A stretch of 64,000 nucleotides of DNA from Rhizophagus irregularis (GCF_026210795.1 NC_089436.1:1054001-1118000); one strand, 5' to 3'. Shown: positions 1 through 14,960, counted from the first letter of the stretch. The notes: generated by a model from the letters alone, not told the origin. Numbers and translations: made by a program.

Positions 1-406
1 TTGTTTAATCACGCTATAAAGTACTCAACTCAGCTGCTTTGTCAATTGTACGGTAGCATATACATGATGTGCAATTAATGCGGCACAAATTCATGACGCA
101 ATAGCCAGCCTATTATTTAAAAATCGTTTTTTAAACGATACGTGACCTTAGTCTCACATAGCATGATTGGGCTTCAGTTACAATCAAGAAAATTTTATTT
201 AGAATTTATTTTTTAATTTAATTTTTTACAAGGACTTTTCAAAAGTAACAATTCACAAGTCGCGCGTCAGCGAATGTTAAAAGTTATTCAATTTTTTTTA
301 CACATTCGAAAAAAATATAATTTATAATAAAACAAATAGATATCAAAATTGATACCTAATTATGACAATAAAAATGTAAAATAAATTAATTATCTTAAAA
401 GTGAAT

Positions 407-3400
407 TTAAATGTATACTTCCGTAGGAGCCATAGAATCTAATGTAAATGATCCTGACAATTTTTCTTTATTCATAAATTGTAACGGATAGTGAACCAAG
501 TGACCCTTTACTTTACTTAATTCTGCTTCAATTTCTTCGTTGGTTAATTTATGATTATGAACGTGACCAGCTGGAATCTTTGATCGATCTGGAACAAACG
601 TTTTGAAATCATCCCAGCTCGTAACTAAAAAAAATAATTGTAAAAAAAAAATAAAATAAATTTCAATACAAACAAATTAGAAAAAATAAAATTATTAAGA
701 AATCATAATTACGATTATCATCTGGAACACAACGAAACACTGTACGAAAAGCTTCTGTATTAATGGTAGCAGTTTGGTGCCAATGTTTATAATAAAATTC
801 GTCGCTAACTGGATCTTGAACAATATAATCTTCTTTAGAGAGTTCTTGATAATCAACAGGTATTGGTGGTGGATAACAGAATGTATTAACTTTTTCATGG
901 TCAGTTTCATTAAACAATCCAAGATGTTCCTTAAAGATATGACGGCGTAAAGTGGCTGCAAACTTTCCAGCTTTCCACTAAATAAAAACAAATTAAATTG
1001 AGTACCTTCTAATGCTAACTAAGATTTAAAGATAAAAGAATAATTACGTCTTTGCCAGCCATTTTAGAATCAATGTATTCCCTGTCTTCAATAACAGCAG
1101 CAATTTCAGAGTCAAAATCACCATTTTGTGATCTTTCATTTAAATTAGCTATAATAAAAAAATAAGTACAATTAATTAAAGAAAACGCATAAAGATTTTG
1201 AAGAAGAAACTTTTACTCACCGGAACCACATATAACAATTCTGTCATCAGCAATTAAAAGTTTGCTGTGAATGTATACTTCTTCAGTTATGTAGTTCCCA
1301 GAAGGATTTTTATCAGCAGTTTCAGCAACTACAGGATTTCTTCCAAACTCTATTTCATCATTTAATACGCCCAAACCTTTTTCTACGGACTTAGGATTGA
1401 TTTTGTCAAAAGTACGAAGTGCGTAAAACCCAAGGTACTTTTCAGGGTTAGTAACACCATTTTGTTTTAAAACTTCAAAAATTGAATATCCACCTCGGCA
1501 AATTGATTTGAGTTGGTAATGTACGATAGTACTAAGAAAGTTAAATAAAAAATGAAATTGATATTTCGCTTAAGAAATAAGATCACATCAAATTTGGGAC
1601 ATTTACCGAATAGTACCGACATTACTGGTAACATCACTGGAATCAAATTCAGATTCGTAAGCTGGAAGCAAAGGCATGGAAACAATGATTCTGAACTGTT
1701 CATTATTCTTATAGGCTCTAATAATTCTATCTACAATTGCCTGTATGATAATTAATGAATGTGAATATGTATCATTCATTTATACATATATTATTAAATC
1801 TAAAATTTTACCTTTCCAATAAGATTCTTTACTGGATAATTGTCACTTTCTTTTGTGGCAGTAACTATAAAAAATAAAATATAAATACATATATAAAAAA
1901 AAATAGTCGTATAAATAAATCCTTCAAGGCTTCAGGTAATAATAATTAGTGTAGACTTACCGAAGAATTGATTTTCTATATATATGAAATGTTGAGATTC
2001 TTCAATAATTTTGACGTAAGCATTTTGGATTGAATGCTATGTATACAAATTATGTTCAATATATATGAATATAGATTCATGAATTAATAAGAAATTATAA
2101 AAATTACCTCCACTTCGTTAAGACCAATACTCCAAATGGAACTAGATCTGACAATTTGAACATCGCATGTACCTTCATCTGGATGACAACTAATAGTTTG
2201 TCCGTTACCATAGCTATAATGTTTGACTTGCGGAGGATGTTCACGATCATATTGTTTATCAGATTTGGCAATCAAAACTGGATATTCAGGACGATCTTCT
2301 GCCTTATTTTTTTTGATAAAATTCCAGCGTTGAACAAAATGACGCACAATGTCAAGTGTAGGTTTGCCAACCTGTGAATATACGCAAAGGATCAACCCTT
2401 AAATATAGTATTAGGAAAATTCGCATTTTACGGTTAAATGTGATTATACTTACAAAACCGATGGATACATCATGCCATGGCATACGCCCAAATTGTTTTT
2501 TATCGATTATAGTTCTTGCCCAAAATTTTACTGTAATTAAAAATAGTAGAATAAATACATATTTACACATGTTGGAAAATAATGATCAAAATCAACAGAT
2601 AATATACCATCAAAAAAGTCCTTGATTCTAGGATTTGAATAATCTTGACCAGGCCAGATAGAATAATGTTTAGAATATTCATGGAAATCGGCAAGTTGAT
2701 GCGTCGAAGTATCATAACGACCAAAGCACAAATCCAAACCACCAATGAAAGAAGTATGCCTATCGACAACTATAATTTTCTATGATTTTAAAGAAAAGGT
2801 TACAATACTTATAATTATTTTACGCTTAAAACTTAAAAAATTTAACATTTACTTCATGATGCTAAATTTCACGTATAAAATAAACACGAAAAAAAAAATA
2901 AGAGATTAATTTTAAAAACATCAATGTTTAATGAATTAACTAAATCAAACGATTAAAATAACAATTAATCAAATAAACCATTTACCGTCCAAAGTAAAGT
3001 CCCATTAATAAGATGGTTAGGATGTCTTTGCACTACCCGTTAATTAAATTAAAAAGACATTAATATAAAATTTTTATATACGGTGTATCTCAAAATCCTA
3101 AATTTACAGACAAATAAAATAAAATGCAAAATATTCTTACCGAGGATGTTCTTGTGCAATGACTGTAAAGTAGTTTTACTATGCCAAGAGTCATAAGTAC
3201 TAGTTTTGGGAACTTCTTTATAAACAACGACATAAATCTTCACTCCTTCTTCTGCTTTCTTTTTAAGTAAACGGTCAAGGCGATATTCTTCATTCTTGGC
3301 AGGAGGTCTACGAAGATACTAAATTGAAAAAATTAGATTATCACGTGCTTGCGTCATGATAAATTACTATAAAAAGCTAATACCACACACCAATTCAGGC

Positions 3401-3624
3401 GAAAGCCACAAGTCTTCGATTAAAATTTCCTCTTTAGCGCTCATTAGAGCTTCCGAGACAGCATAGAAATAGTCCTTACCGTCGACATACCATTTTGCAT
3501 GACAATTTTTTCTTTCTTGAACAAATGACATGTAACGGTTTTCTTTATCCCACTCGCCTTTAGTTCCTTGTTCTCCAGTTATCAGACTGGAGATAGCTTT
3601 TACAGCATCTTCAAGGAATTCCAT
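407..3624 (-). CDS. PLD: Phospholipase D (two HKD motifs, no N-terminal PX/PH), about 14 exons
   Basis: Manual GT-AG splicing gives KWYVDGKDYF, EDLWLSPEL, YLRRPP, WT|HHE|KIIVVD (HKD1), GGLDLCFGRYDT, RMPWHD, HFVQRWN, HFIYIENQFF, YIHSKLLIADD (HKD2), GSANLNERS, DSEIA and EHLGL. The protein ends PTEVYI* with the stop at 407-409. Confidence 0.95.
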
Positions 3625-5206
3625 TATGAACTAAATTAACTTTAAAATTGAAAATTCAAAACGAAAGCTTGATGGAAAAAAGGTAAGGAGAAACTCGACA
3701 TTCCCATCTTTTTATTGATGAAAAAGTGTTTGGTTACTCAAGTACTTTAAAAAGGTTTATGGGATCAAAATACTTGTTATTGCCAGAGAAGTGCGTAAAA
3801 TTTGGAAAAATACTACTGTAATTGCTAATTCAATAATTTTATTTCAATTTCTTTTTTTTAACATACGAAAATTTCGTACACCTATATGGCTATACACTTC
3901 CAAATTTACTTCGTCAATGCCTATTTCGTTCAATTTTGATGAATTTAAAACAATGTATAATGATGGTTCATTAGTTCAATGAAATAAATCATTATAGACA
4001 TTACAATTAAAATGTTTTTAGGCAATTAGGCTATATCAAATATCAGATCAACAAAGATCGAATTTTTCGTCATACTTTATTTCTTTATTGTGGCGTTTGT
4101 TCCTCCATTTTTGTCTTTTTAATTTTTCTAAATTTTGATTTTTGGCGCCAAGTTTCTATAATTGTCGACTAAAAAAAGTTAACTTATCACGAGAAATAAT
4201 TGTTTTCTAACCCGATTCATTGTAAAAGCAAAAAATTACCCAATCATCAAGAAAATTTTGTTATACAGTCATCATCTTATAGCTAATGTAGAACGAATAT
4301 GTGTGTGGTACGGATTTTAGTATGGAGATGAGCTAACGGTATTATTAATAAACTTCAACGATAGTAACCTCAGAGAAACAAATTTTTTGAAGGTTACTTT
4401 TGTTACATTAATAACCTTGTGATAATTCATTAATAAATTAACAAGTATTTAAAAATATACTGTTCCACTACATATAGTACCCAAAAATAATATTTAAGAC
4501 TCGGGTATTATACTTTCACGAGTACTATTCAATTTTAAAAGTCGAGGTTCTTGAATAAGATCCGGGTACTGTAATTAATATATTCGATAGAAAAATCTTT
4601 ATCTTAATTGTTCAATAAATATCATTTGTACACAAAAAAAGGAATGAGTGGAATATTAAATATTTTGAGCAACATGTTTTTTTCTAAAAGAATTGTTGTC
4701 CCTTAAAGACGTACGATCATCGAATATATGTCTTAATTAGGATGAGACATTATTTATCATGTTCACTAGTAAAAGAAACCATTCCGATATTCGAAATTTA
4801 GAATTAATGCATGTACGTAATTAAATACATAAAGATTTTTCTTTTCGAGAGTTAAAATCCGCGAGAGGTCCGATCTTTAATTTAAAGAGAGGGATAAACG
4901 GGGTAATCAATTACTTAAAAAGAATCCATATGATTGCCAAATTTTGAAATGATTTCCATTATGTTTCAAATCTTTATTGTAAACATTAACCCTAATTTCG
5001 AGATTAACGATTTTGAAAAGGGAGTGAAAATTTCGATCATTGTGGCGTTTAACCTTATTCTAATAATATTGATTGGAATTTCATATGAAATTTTGAACTC
5101 GATTGTTTAATATTATAACAAATATTTTTATAAGTTCTGGCTAAGTAAATGACTTCTTGATCTTTAAAATTTGATTCTTCTAAATTACTTCAGCGACGTG
5201 ACGACA

Positions 5207-5235
5207 GACGACGTCAAAATTATTTTGACGTCGTC
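5207..5235. repeat. Perfect 29-bp palindrome GACGACGTCAAAAT-T-ATTTTGACGTCGTC
   Basis: Read directly: 14-bp arms with a 1-nt centre, next to a transposon relic. Confidence 0.85.
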
Positions 5236-5254
5236 ACGTGACTATAAGTTGAGA

Positions 5255-5800
5255 CCCGTCTAAAAAAATCTCTACCCGGGTCAACCCAACCCGTCAACCC
5301 ACCCGCTACCCACCTGCTACCCACCCGTAATCCATATAAAAAATTACTATTTATTTTTGAATCAGTAGCTATCCATTCAACTGTAGCACATTTTTAATTC
5401 AAGTTGTTTTGGTGTACAATGTGGTGACCATTGTATTAATATGCAATTGATTTGAGTCTTTAAGTTGAATATCATCTGATACAATTCCATGTTTGAAGAT
5501 AAAGTTCCACCATCATGCTTGTAACTTTTTACATTCACCATTTGAGGAAATAAGTATTTTACAGATATCACGCCCATTTTCAACCTGAAGATAATCTCAA
5601 ACAAACTTGTTTTTTTAGTTTTTAGGTTAATTCGGATCTTTTTTTGCATGTGGTACTCCTTTTATTTCTTCAAACTCCTTTTCTTATAGTTGAAGCATCA
5701 GAGAGTTCATTGCTTTCTTCATCTGTATCTTCATTAACATCATCAGAAACAACATATTCATCCAAAATATGAAATATTAAAAGAAATTTACTAAAAAGCT
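5255..5800 (-). mobile_element. Degraded hAT/ZBED-type transposase relic with ACCC(G) subterminal-like repeats
   Basis: Frameshifted minus-strand peptides FV*DYLQVENGRDICKILISSNGECKSYKHDGGT (BED-finger-like) and CATVEWIATDS. Tandem ACCCG/ACCCA repeats at about 5274-5330. Confidence 0.6.
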
Positions 5801-8800
5801 AATTGCTTGATTCACTTATGGAGTCATTTAATCGTTTTAAAATAATCTTAACTGGGCCATTATTGAATCCATTATCTTTCCATCCACACAATGGAATAAA
5901 TTGTGCCGAAAGCATCTTGTAGATCAAAATTGATCGAACTCTATCCACTCAAAATTGTCTGGTATTTACTTACAAAAATTTTCCTTCAAAATTGCAAAAT
6001 TTCAATTTTTGAACCGTGCAGCGGCGGTAAATAAAAATAAATGAATTTTTGTGAAAGCACAATATTTTTAAAGAATTAAACAAGACCTTTAATACTGTAA
6101 TATATTCCTATGTTGTTACGTCAGAAGATCAATCACATTCTTTCTACCAAATAAAGTAAATATGAATTCATTACACAATAATAATTTTCGGCTGCAAAAT
6201 TATGTATTATGTAACTAAAACAAATAAAATAAAGAAAAAAAAACATAGCTATTATTATGCGAAATCGGGTCCCAAGAACCAAGAATAGTCTATATGGAGT
6301 TATGGACAAAAATACAGTACAAATCTAAAATCAGCTAATGAAATCACCTAAAAGTGACAGTTAAGCAAGGCCAACTAGCAACTTCGCTACTTTACTTGTC
6401 AAGTGATAATATTAAATCCGACCAGGTAAGTACTATGTAATTACACCTTTTTTTTGTTTTTATTTTGACGCTTACAGTCGTGGATGAGTAGGTTGGGTAA
6501 AGAATTGTTTTATTTATTTATTTTTTTTTGTCGGTTAAATTATCTGAATTGCGCAGTACTTTGTAAAATAAGAGTTTGGAAAATGAATTTCAAAATGCAT
6601 GAGGGGGCAATCGGATTTTTATTGGTAATTGGTGAGGTGATAAGGGGTTTATTTACTGTAACAAAAAAAAGTGGGATGATATTGTATTTTTTGAAACTTT
6701 CTTGTTAGAGGAGGATTTTATTAAGAGCTCGAGTTTTTGTTCAATATTTTTTCACCCAGCGTCACAGACATTTTTCAGTAAAATTCTGGTTGTCACGCGT
6801 TGTATATTTTTATTTAATTTCACAGCATCAATTAAAATACCGTAATAATAATACTTTTAATAAAGATGAAGCAATAGTCATATGACTAAACTCTTTTCGG
6901 TATTGATTTTGCATAAATCTAACTTATTTTTTACTTTTATTGAAAGGTCCATTGCTGATCATGTAGCAGGGATAAAATTTTTACAGAGAATATACAATTA
7001 ATTACTTTAAAGAGTAATAATCCTTTTCAATAATAATTATTTTATGGAGGAAGTAACTATATAAGTCAAAGACCGATGTAACTTCATACATATTGGCTCA
7101 AAATTACACAAACTGTGGGATATTTAATCGTGTAATGATGATAAAATAATAATTAATAATGACATTAAAAATTTATTTCTTTCCAAATTCTTTTCTTTTA
7201 ATATATTAATACTAGTTACTCGCATGATATTATTGTATTATTGCATTCATTCATCATTTCGAATTTGAATAGAATAATAATATATGAAGAGGTGAATGTA
7301 AAATAAATCGACAGTTAGATCATGAGTAACGTAATTTAGCTGATCAAACTGAAGAAATTTGGATCCTCCAATCAAAAATTTTTTTTTTTATGAGCTTATC
7401 ATTTATTGTATCAAACAATGGTAACATTTGACATAAAAAAAAATAAATAAGGAGTGAATCCGATATACATACAACAAAAGAATATGAATAATTCTGTGAC
7501 AATGTTGTTCAATTATTTCGATATGCTAAAATATGTACAACAAAATCATACTCCAAATCAATATCTTGTATAGGGAAAGATATGCAAGATACAGTATGCT
7601 TACTCCATCATATAATGTTATAATTATCATTATGAATCGAATTATCCAATCTAAATCCGTCGACCATCTGTTATCTTGTTATCTTACTTCATTTGCATGA
7701 CATTAAAGTTTTACGAGAATGTTACACTGATATATAAGAATATTAGTTAATTATATCCCACGCATGTTTTTTTTCCGTACCGACATTAACAAAATGATGA
7801 ATGAATATTAATTTGGAAATTATGTGCTCATCTTAGTAAATAAAACCGAACTTAATCGAATTTAAGAGAAATTTATATAAAGAATTGATTGTCATGTTTG
7901 CTTTAAAAAAAAATTATATTCTAGAACTTTAAACAAATGATATCAAGATAATGAGAAACTAAATTGGTCAAGATATTATTTAGATAATATTTTATTACTT
8001 TTCTCGGCGGGAAGGCGAATGCTTATTAAAAAAAAAAAATGATTGATCGATTTGCATACATATCACTATAAAAAAAATAGTTGATTTCATCAAAATTTCG
8101 TAATTATCAATGCATTTATGATTAGATTATATATTTATTATTGTTTTATTGGACATTGCAAAATTATCGGTGATTTAGTGAGGTTCAATATTATTTAATG
8201 GATTAATAATCAAATATTTATAGATACTGTTGTTGTTAAAAATTGGTTTATGCGACCGAACATCTCTATAATGGGTAAGATGGTTAAAGCCAAGAACCAG
8301 TATTTTTGTAGCAAACCATCCACGTTTGATAAGTCTATTTTTAAATCTTAAAATCTTATTGTATTATCAAGATTGTTCTAATTATGGATCTTTCTTTTAT
8401 ACAATTCGATGTTCTATATATGCATATATTAATTTTAAATATTCTATATATGCGCATATTAATTTTATGCTATTGAAAATTTCTGGTTCACTAACTAACC
8501 AATCAGTTAATAGCTAACCATAAATATAAATATGAAATTGGTTCTACATATCGGGACTTTGTCATATTTATTTTTCATTGATGCAAGTAATTATTTTATT
8601 GTTTGAATTTTGTGATCATTTTATATCACGCTAAAAAGGTTCTTGTGCTCTTATAAAGAAGTTAGTCATATTATATTTTATAGTTTTTCAAGAGGATAAA
8701 ATATTGACGCGCATTACAACGTTACCCCAAAAATAATACGCGATCTAAACAGATTTATTAATAATGATGCAAGTATTGTTACTTAAAAATTTTTTGTAAT

Positions 8801-9972
8801 TATAGTATTATAGTACATGCTAGAATGTATTAAGTATATTAATAAGTCTTTATTTATTGTGTAAAACAAAGACTGTCTTGTGCCCTGTAAAGTTTCTGAT
8901 AAAAAAAGTTAACAGCAAAGCCTCTTGTTACTTTTATGGATTCCTATCAGTAAAATTCGTTTAAACATAACGATATTTTTGTGTCATGTATGTAACAAAG
9001 AATTTGGTTTAATCTAAAACTTAAATTCAAAGAAGATAATTTCTTGTTAAACAAGTTTGGTTAATTTGAAATTCATCTTTAATTTAACTAAATTTATAGA
9101 ACATTAACGGAGATTTAACTGATTCATAACCGGAGCATTTATGCATGCTAACCCTAAAATACTGCCGCCAGACCTTAAACACGTGAAAATCAAATTCCAG
9201 TCAATCTAATAAAGCATTGACCATAAGTTTATGTATTAAAATTTTTTGTGTGATTTGTATCAATAAAGATTGTTATCGAACTTTAACTTTAAATTCTTGT
9301 TGAGCAAACAAAGAATTCGCGTTAAAATTTACATATAAATATTTATGATGTAATGATAGTTTTGGAAAATTTTGATTTCCGATGAAAAATTATCATTTAA
9401 ATTATGTTACCGAAAAAAAAATTTCTCTGGTTCTTTTTTTTTCTCCTGTTTGATCTTTTGTACCTTCCTACTTATTTTATTTCTTTGTTTTAATTATGAC
9501 TTGCTATAGTAATTTTTCTTATGATCAAACATTCGAACTTTAGAAGTTGGAAGGATTATTATACACGGCTTTACAAACGACTTTTTCCTTTAGAAGGAAA
9601 TTATTGTATAGTAAATAATATTCAAGAATTTGTGCAATAAATAAAACAAACATGAGATAACGAGTTTAAAATATCTAGATAACTAATAATTACGTGATAT
9701 ATTACAACAGATTGGATGATCAACGGTTGGTTACATTGCATGGTTTAAAAAAAATTTCACGTATATATTAAGTAGCTTGGATTTGTTAAATTCTCCTCCA
9801 TCGTTTTTTTTATATTTAATTATCTTCTTCAATCCTTTATATATAACATCATTTTATCATTTCTTACTTTCCTTTTTTTTTAATTTTATCATTAATTCCC
9901 TCTCTCCTCATTCTCTCTCATTCTCCTCATTCTTACGTTTTTTTTCAGTTTTTTTTTTATATTTTAACTAAT

Positions 9973-11261
9973 ATGAAAAATGAACGTTCCAACCGAGAAT
10001 TTGATTCTTCGGATCCGCTAAAATCTGTTAATTCCAAAAATATTTTGGACTCGTTTCGTTATTTTAAAGGAAGAAGATATCATAATTTGACTGATGTAAC
10101 TTATTTATTTCCAAACGATGATAAAGAAGGTATTTTTTTTTAAACAAAATAATTTATTCAAAATGGGTTGCTTTTTTTTTAAAATTTTTTATCTTGTAAA
10201 ATAATAAAAACCTTCACGTAATATTATTATTACAGTTGAAAGATTACATTTACAACACAACATATGCAGATTTGTTTGGAAAAATAATTTTTCTTCCCCG
10301 ATCCATGAGTTATTAAAGTCTGGAAATGCGAAAGTATTAGATATAGGGTGCGGAGCTGGGCACTGGATAATAGATATGGCAAAAGAATATCCACAAGCTA
10401 CATTTGTAGGCATAGATATGTCGCCAATATTTCCTGATGTTAAAGATATACCATCAAATGTCATTTTCTTACAACTTAATTTAAATGATGGTATACCGTT
10501 TCCCAATGAAACGTTTGATTTCGTATTTCAACGATTCTTGTGCAATTGTGTAGTATTGGAGAAATGGAAATTTTATGTAAAAGAAATGATCCGCGTAACT
10601 ATTCCAGGTAAAGTAATTTTTGTTAAAAATAAAAATATAAACAATGATTACTCATCGATTACATATTTGAAATTTCAATAGGTGGGTGGGTAGAATTCTT
10701 CGAATTTGAAATTGATCATAGTGACAAGCAACTAATAGAAGCAAGTATGTTTGTAGTACGGATTTTAATTTTTTAATGCGCCACATGTGCATTTTTGTGA
10801 GTGACACAGTAATTATTAAATGTCTAAATGAATCCTTAAATGGATTTTTTTTTTATTTATCATTTTTGTATTAGTTCATTCGGGATTTAAAGCAAAAGGA
10901 ATCAATTCAAGTCCAGAAACCTGTGTTCCCCAATTTTTAGAAAAATGCCAAGAATTGTCGAAAGTTCATTATAAAGAAATATATATTCCAATAGGAGATT
11001 GGGCAGGACCATTAGGCACTATGGTATGCAATAAACGTTACAATTAATTTATTTATTTACAAATTTTAAATTTTCCTTTTTACCTTTGATTAGATGACGA
11101 CATATGTTTCAATGAACTTTGAAACAGTTAGATTATTACTTACTTCAGCTTGGAGGATCGATGATAAGACGTACGATTCAGGCTATGATGGACATAAATT
11201 CGATTTTAACGCAACTAATACTTATCTTAAATCAATACGATGGTTTTCTAAAAAAAATTAA
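9973..11261 (+). CDS. Class I SAM-dependent methyltransferase (LaeA-like), 5 exons
   Basis: Spliced product has FRYFKGRRYH..YLFPNDDKE|VERLHLQH, VLDIGCGAGHW (motif I), FVGIDMS, GIPFPNETFDFVFQR, PG|GWVEF and IPIGDWAG. Stop at 11259-11261. Confidence 0.9.
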
Positions 11262-13769
11262 AAAAAAAAAACTTCAAAAAAAAAAAAAACAACAACAAGT
11301 ATATTATATATTCGACACGTAAACATCATGTTTCGAAATTACTTTTTTTTTAAAAAAATCTTTTTAATAATATATATATACATACATATATATACAAAAT
11401 TTTCTCTTACTTTAAACATGAAAATATCTTAATTTTAAGAAATAATTTGGGTTATAAGATTATATGAATCGTCTTTTTGCTGCGGCATAGACAAAATATA
11501 TATTTAATTTAAGCATGCAATAATTTGTTATATCAATTTCGTTTTTTTTTACAATAGTATTCTCCCTTCTTTTGTAAACGAATTAACTTTTTTTCCGCTT
11601 ATTTTTTTCTATACTATTTACTTTTTTTCGTAGTTTTTATATAAATCCTTTTAACTTTACGTGACTAACATAACAATAATAAAGATGTTTATGAAATAAA
11701 CCGTTATTTTTTCTTTTAATCCATCATATCGTTACTGATCCAATTTTGAAATCACATTAGAAAGATGAAAATAATCTGCCAGATTGACGAATTGAGCTTA
11801 TAAAGATTTATCGGAAAATGTGATTTTTTTTTTTGCTTTAATTAATTAAATTAAGAAGATATAATAATGTATAAGTGTGGGCGCATGACAATAATGTAGA
11901 GCTTTGAAAATTTTTTTATTAGATGTATCTTAGTATCGTGAGATGTGCAATAATAAAAGTTAGTTGCCGTAATTATTATATTTTGAATTACATTCTTAGG
12001 TGGTATAATATTATAAACGTAAGTTGTAAATGATATAGCCAATTACGATTATGATAAAGCAAAAGCAAATGTATAGTATTAAATAAAAAGTAAAAAAAAA
12101 ATGCTCTGATAAAATAAGAGCATACAACCATTATAATTAATTACTTGACTTTTATTCTTTCCAACTATTTACGACAACCATTAAGAAAATAAAAAAATTA
12201 ATTTTTTTCAAATTTAAAAAAAATTATATGTTTGTTTATGTAAAGGTCTCATGATTTTAAAATATGTACTCTTGAGATACTTATCAAGGTGACATTTTTT
12301 CATTTAATAATGGACAATACAATACGATAATTTTTCTTTTCTCCTTGTTGAACAATCAAAAATCATAATCTTAGTATTTTACATTGAAAATTATAAATTT
12401 CTTAATTAGGAAACTCTTAATTGTTTATTTGTAATGCGAGGAACCAATTAAAATCTTAATTTCAATTATATAAAATTTACCCAGTAAAAATCTGAAATCA
12501 ATGAGAAACTAATCTAACTTTAATTGATGATTTCCTTTGTTTATAAAAAAAAAAGACTATTTACGAATTTTGTATCGCCTAAAGTAATAACAATTCTGAT
12601 AAAAAATTACCAAATTCAGTAGAATGGTAACGTAACCAATTTTTGACTTCTTCTTTAAAAAGGATAAATTAATTTAATGTTCAGTTTATTATGCAAATCA
12701 AAAGAATTTTCATCCATTCTGCATGTGTTATTGGGATTTTATAACGGTAGATGTTACCGATAGATGTTACCGATGGAAAAGGTCTGGAGACGAGGGTAGA
12801 ACTCTAGAAGGGTCGATATTACAAAATTTGTTTTTTTTTTCGAGTTACTCATCATTGATTATCATCAATGACATCACAACCACACCACTTTACTACTATG
12901 CGCCAGTAATATTCGTCAAAACAATGTTGACAATTCTGAAAACCGTTTTTTTATTATCGTTCAAAGAAATTACTTCTTGTAATACAATATATGCATGTAG
13001 TACTAAGCATTTTGATTGTCGTCCATACTTAATTTTAATTGATTTTGTCCTACTTTATTTGATCCCATTTGTGGTTACCTTATTTGGTTAGTACATCCTA
13101 TTCTATATATCAGATTATTTATTAAGTGCATTTATTTAATTGATTTCAAATCAAAATTAATTTATGAAAGCAATTATCTTTTCCATTCTGTTTTATATAT
13201 TTTCCTGCGAATCCAATACAATTTATCCAATCAGTGAAGTTTTATTTTAAGTTTAACAATGAGTCATCATGGAATCATTTCGCATAAGCTAGCGTATAAA
13301 AAAAAAAAGGTACAGTCGTCATTCCTAATGCAAAAGTTTCTTGTTAGAATTTTTTTTTAAAAAAAAAGCACGTCATACAAGTCTCGATTTGTACGTTCAT
13401 ACTCTTTACAAATAAAAACTTCACCTTTCATTCATTCATTATTAACAAAGGTAACCGGAAAGAAACAATCAGGAATAAGCTTTACCTATAATTCTTAAAT
13501 TGGGAAATTTGTAAATAATAATACATATTGAGCATTATTTGAAAGTTTTGTTATTTTTCTAAAGTCTTTTTGTTTGTTTATTCTTTAAACATTTTGTAGA
13601 TACATATGACAGATATGATCGAATAGTTATTTTTGGAAACATCTTACAAGGTATTCCAAATCTTTTTCTGTTAATTTGAAGTTTTTATAAATATCTCTAA
13701 CCTTTCCCCTGAAGTATCTCACTCTTCCTAATTTTTTTTTAAAAAAAATTTACTAATAGTTTTTTCATA

Positions 13770-14960
13770 ATGACAACATATTCAACGGTCGCAATCCTAT
13801 ATATTCTCCTGCAGATTCTAAGCCTTGTATTATTATCATGTCTAATGTGTACAATTTTAAAATCAAAACCATATTTTACAAAATGGACATTATTTCAAAT
13901 ATGTATAACGGCATTTGGAAGTGGTTTAACTAATCTCCCAGTAGTAGTAATCTATGGAGATGATTTAGTAAAACGAGCATATGATAACCCTTTATGTATG
14001 ATCTTACAGAAATTTTCATTATTTTTCATATATCCTTTTGAGTTCTTCAGTTGTGCCTTATCTTTCTATTTATGGTACGCATTGGTTAAAAAGGATTTAG
14101 ATATTGAAAAAAAATGTTTTCGATACGTTTCCATTATTAGTTGGGTTTATACAACGGTTTATAATGGAATTTTGTTGAAATTTGCTATTAAAGAAACTAA
14201 TTGGGGTGTTTATGCTAGTTCTTTGAATTGTAGAACTAGTAAATTAGCTGAATCTTTTTATGGATATATTATAACATCATCTATATCGGCATTTTTGGCA
14301 ATTTTAATGTCATGTAAGTTTTGATGTAAAAAATATTTTTTTTATGAATTAAATGTTTGTTCATCAATATCTAATCAATAAATAAATATTTAAAATTTTT
14401 TTTTTAGGTCATTCAGCATTTATATTATATAGACGTTGGTCTCATTTTGCTACTATTAAGAATAGAAGAACAGCGATAAGATTAGGCGAAGCTGTGCGTT
14501 CATGCGCTTGGTGTTTTGTATTTGTGATTTCATTGGCTATACCACTTGTGCCTCGAGCCATACAAAGAGAAAATGATCCAAGTAAAAACAATACTATTGC
14601 AGTAATTTCTGGTTTTGGCTCAGCTTCAGTGTAAGAAATTTTTTCGAAAATTTTTTTTTTTCTTTGCACTTAATTCTCGATTTCTAACATTTTTCTCATT
14701 TTGTAAATTTTAGTGGGACATTTTTATTTTTAATATTCGGAACGAATAATAAAGCAGCTTACTTTCTTCCATGTTATTATGCTCCACCAGATAATTTGCG
14801 ATTTACAATGCCTGATGAAGAATTACCTAGAATGCCTGATGCATGTTTAAAATCGAACGTAGATGATGAATATCGATTTAGTGATAAAGGTTCTTATAAC
14901 ACGCTATACGAAGACTATGATATAAATATTGGGAGTTCTAACAATATATGTCATATGTAA
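13770..14960 (+). CDS. Putative 7-TM GPCR-like receptor, 3 exons
   Basis: Seven hydrophobic segments after splicing (introns about 14314-14408 and 14631-14713). Cys at the top of TM3 (PLCMIL) and in ECL2 (SLNCR). C-terminal FLIFGTNNKAAYFLP. Stop at 14958-14960. Confidence 0.75.

Noticed and set aside
8413..8468. Short tandem duplications (also about 31326, 12750 and 56700)
   Set aside because: Simple slippage duplications with no further structure.
10189..10506. 105-aa minus-strand ORF
   Set aside because: Antisense to the methyltransferase exon.
12723..13091. 122-aa ORF
   Set aside because: No recognisable motif, splice partners or paralogue; compatible with chance.
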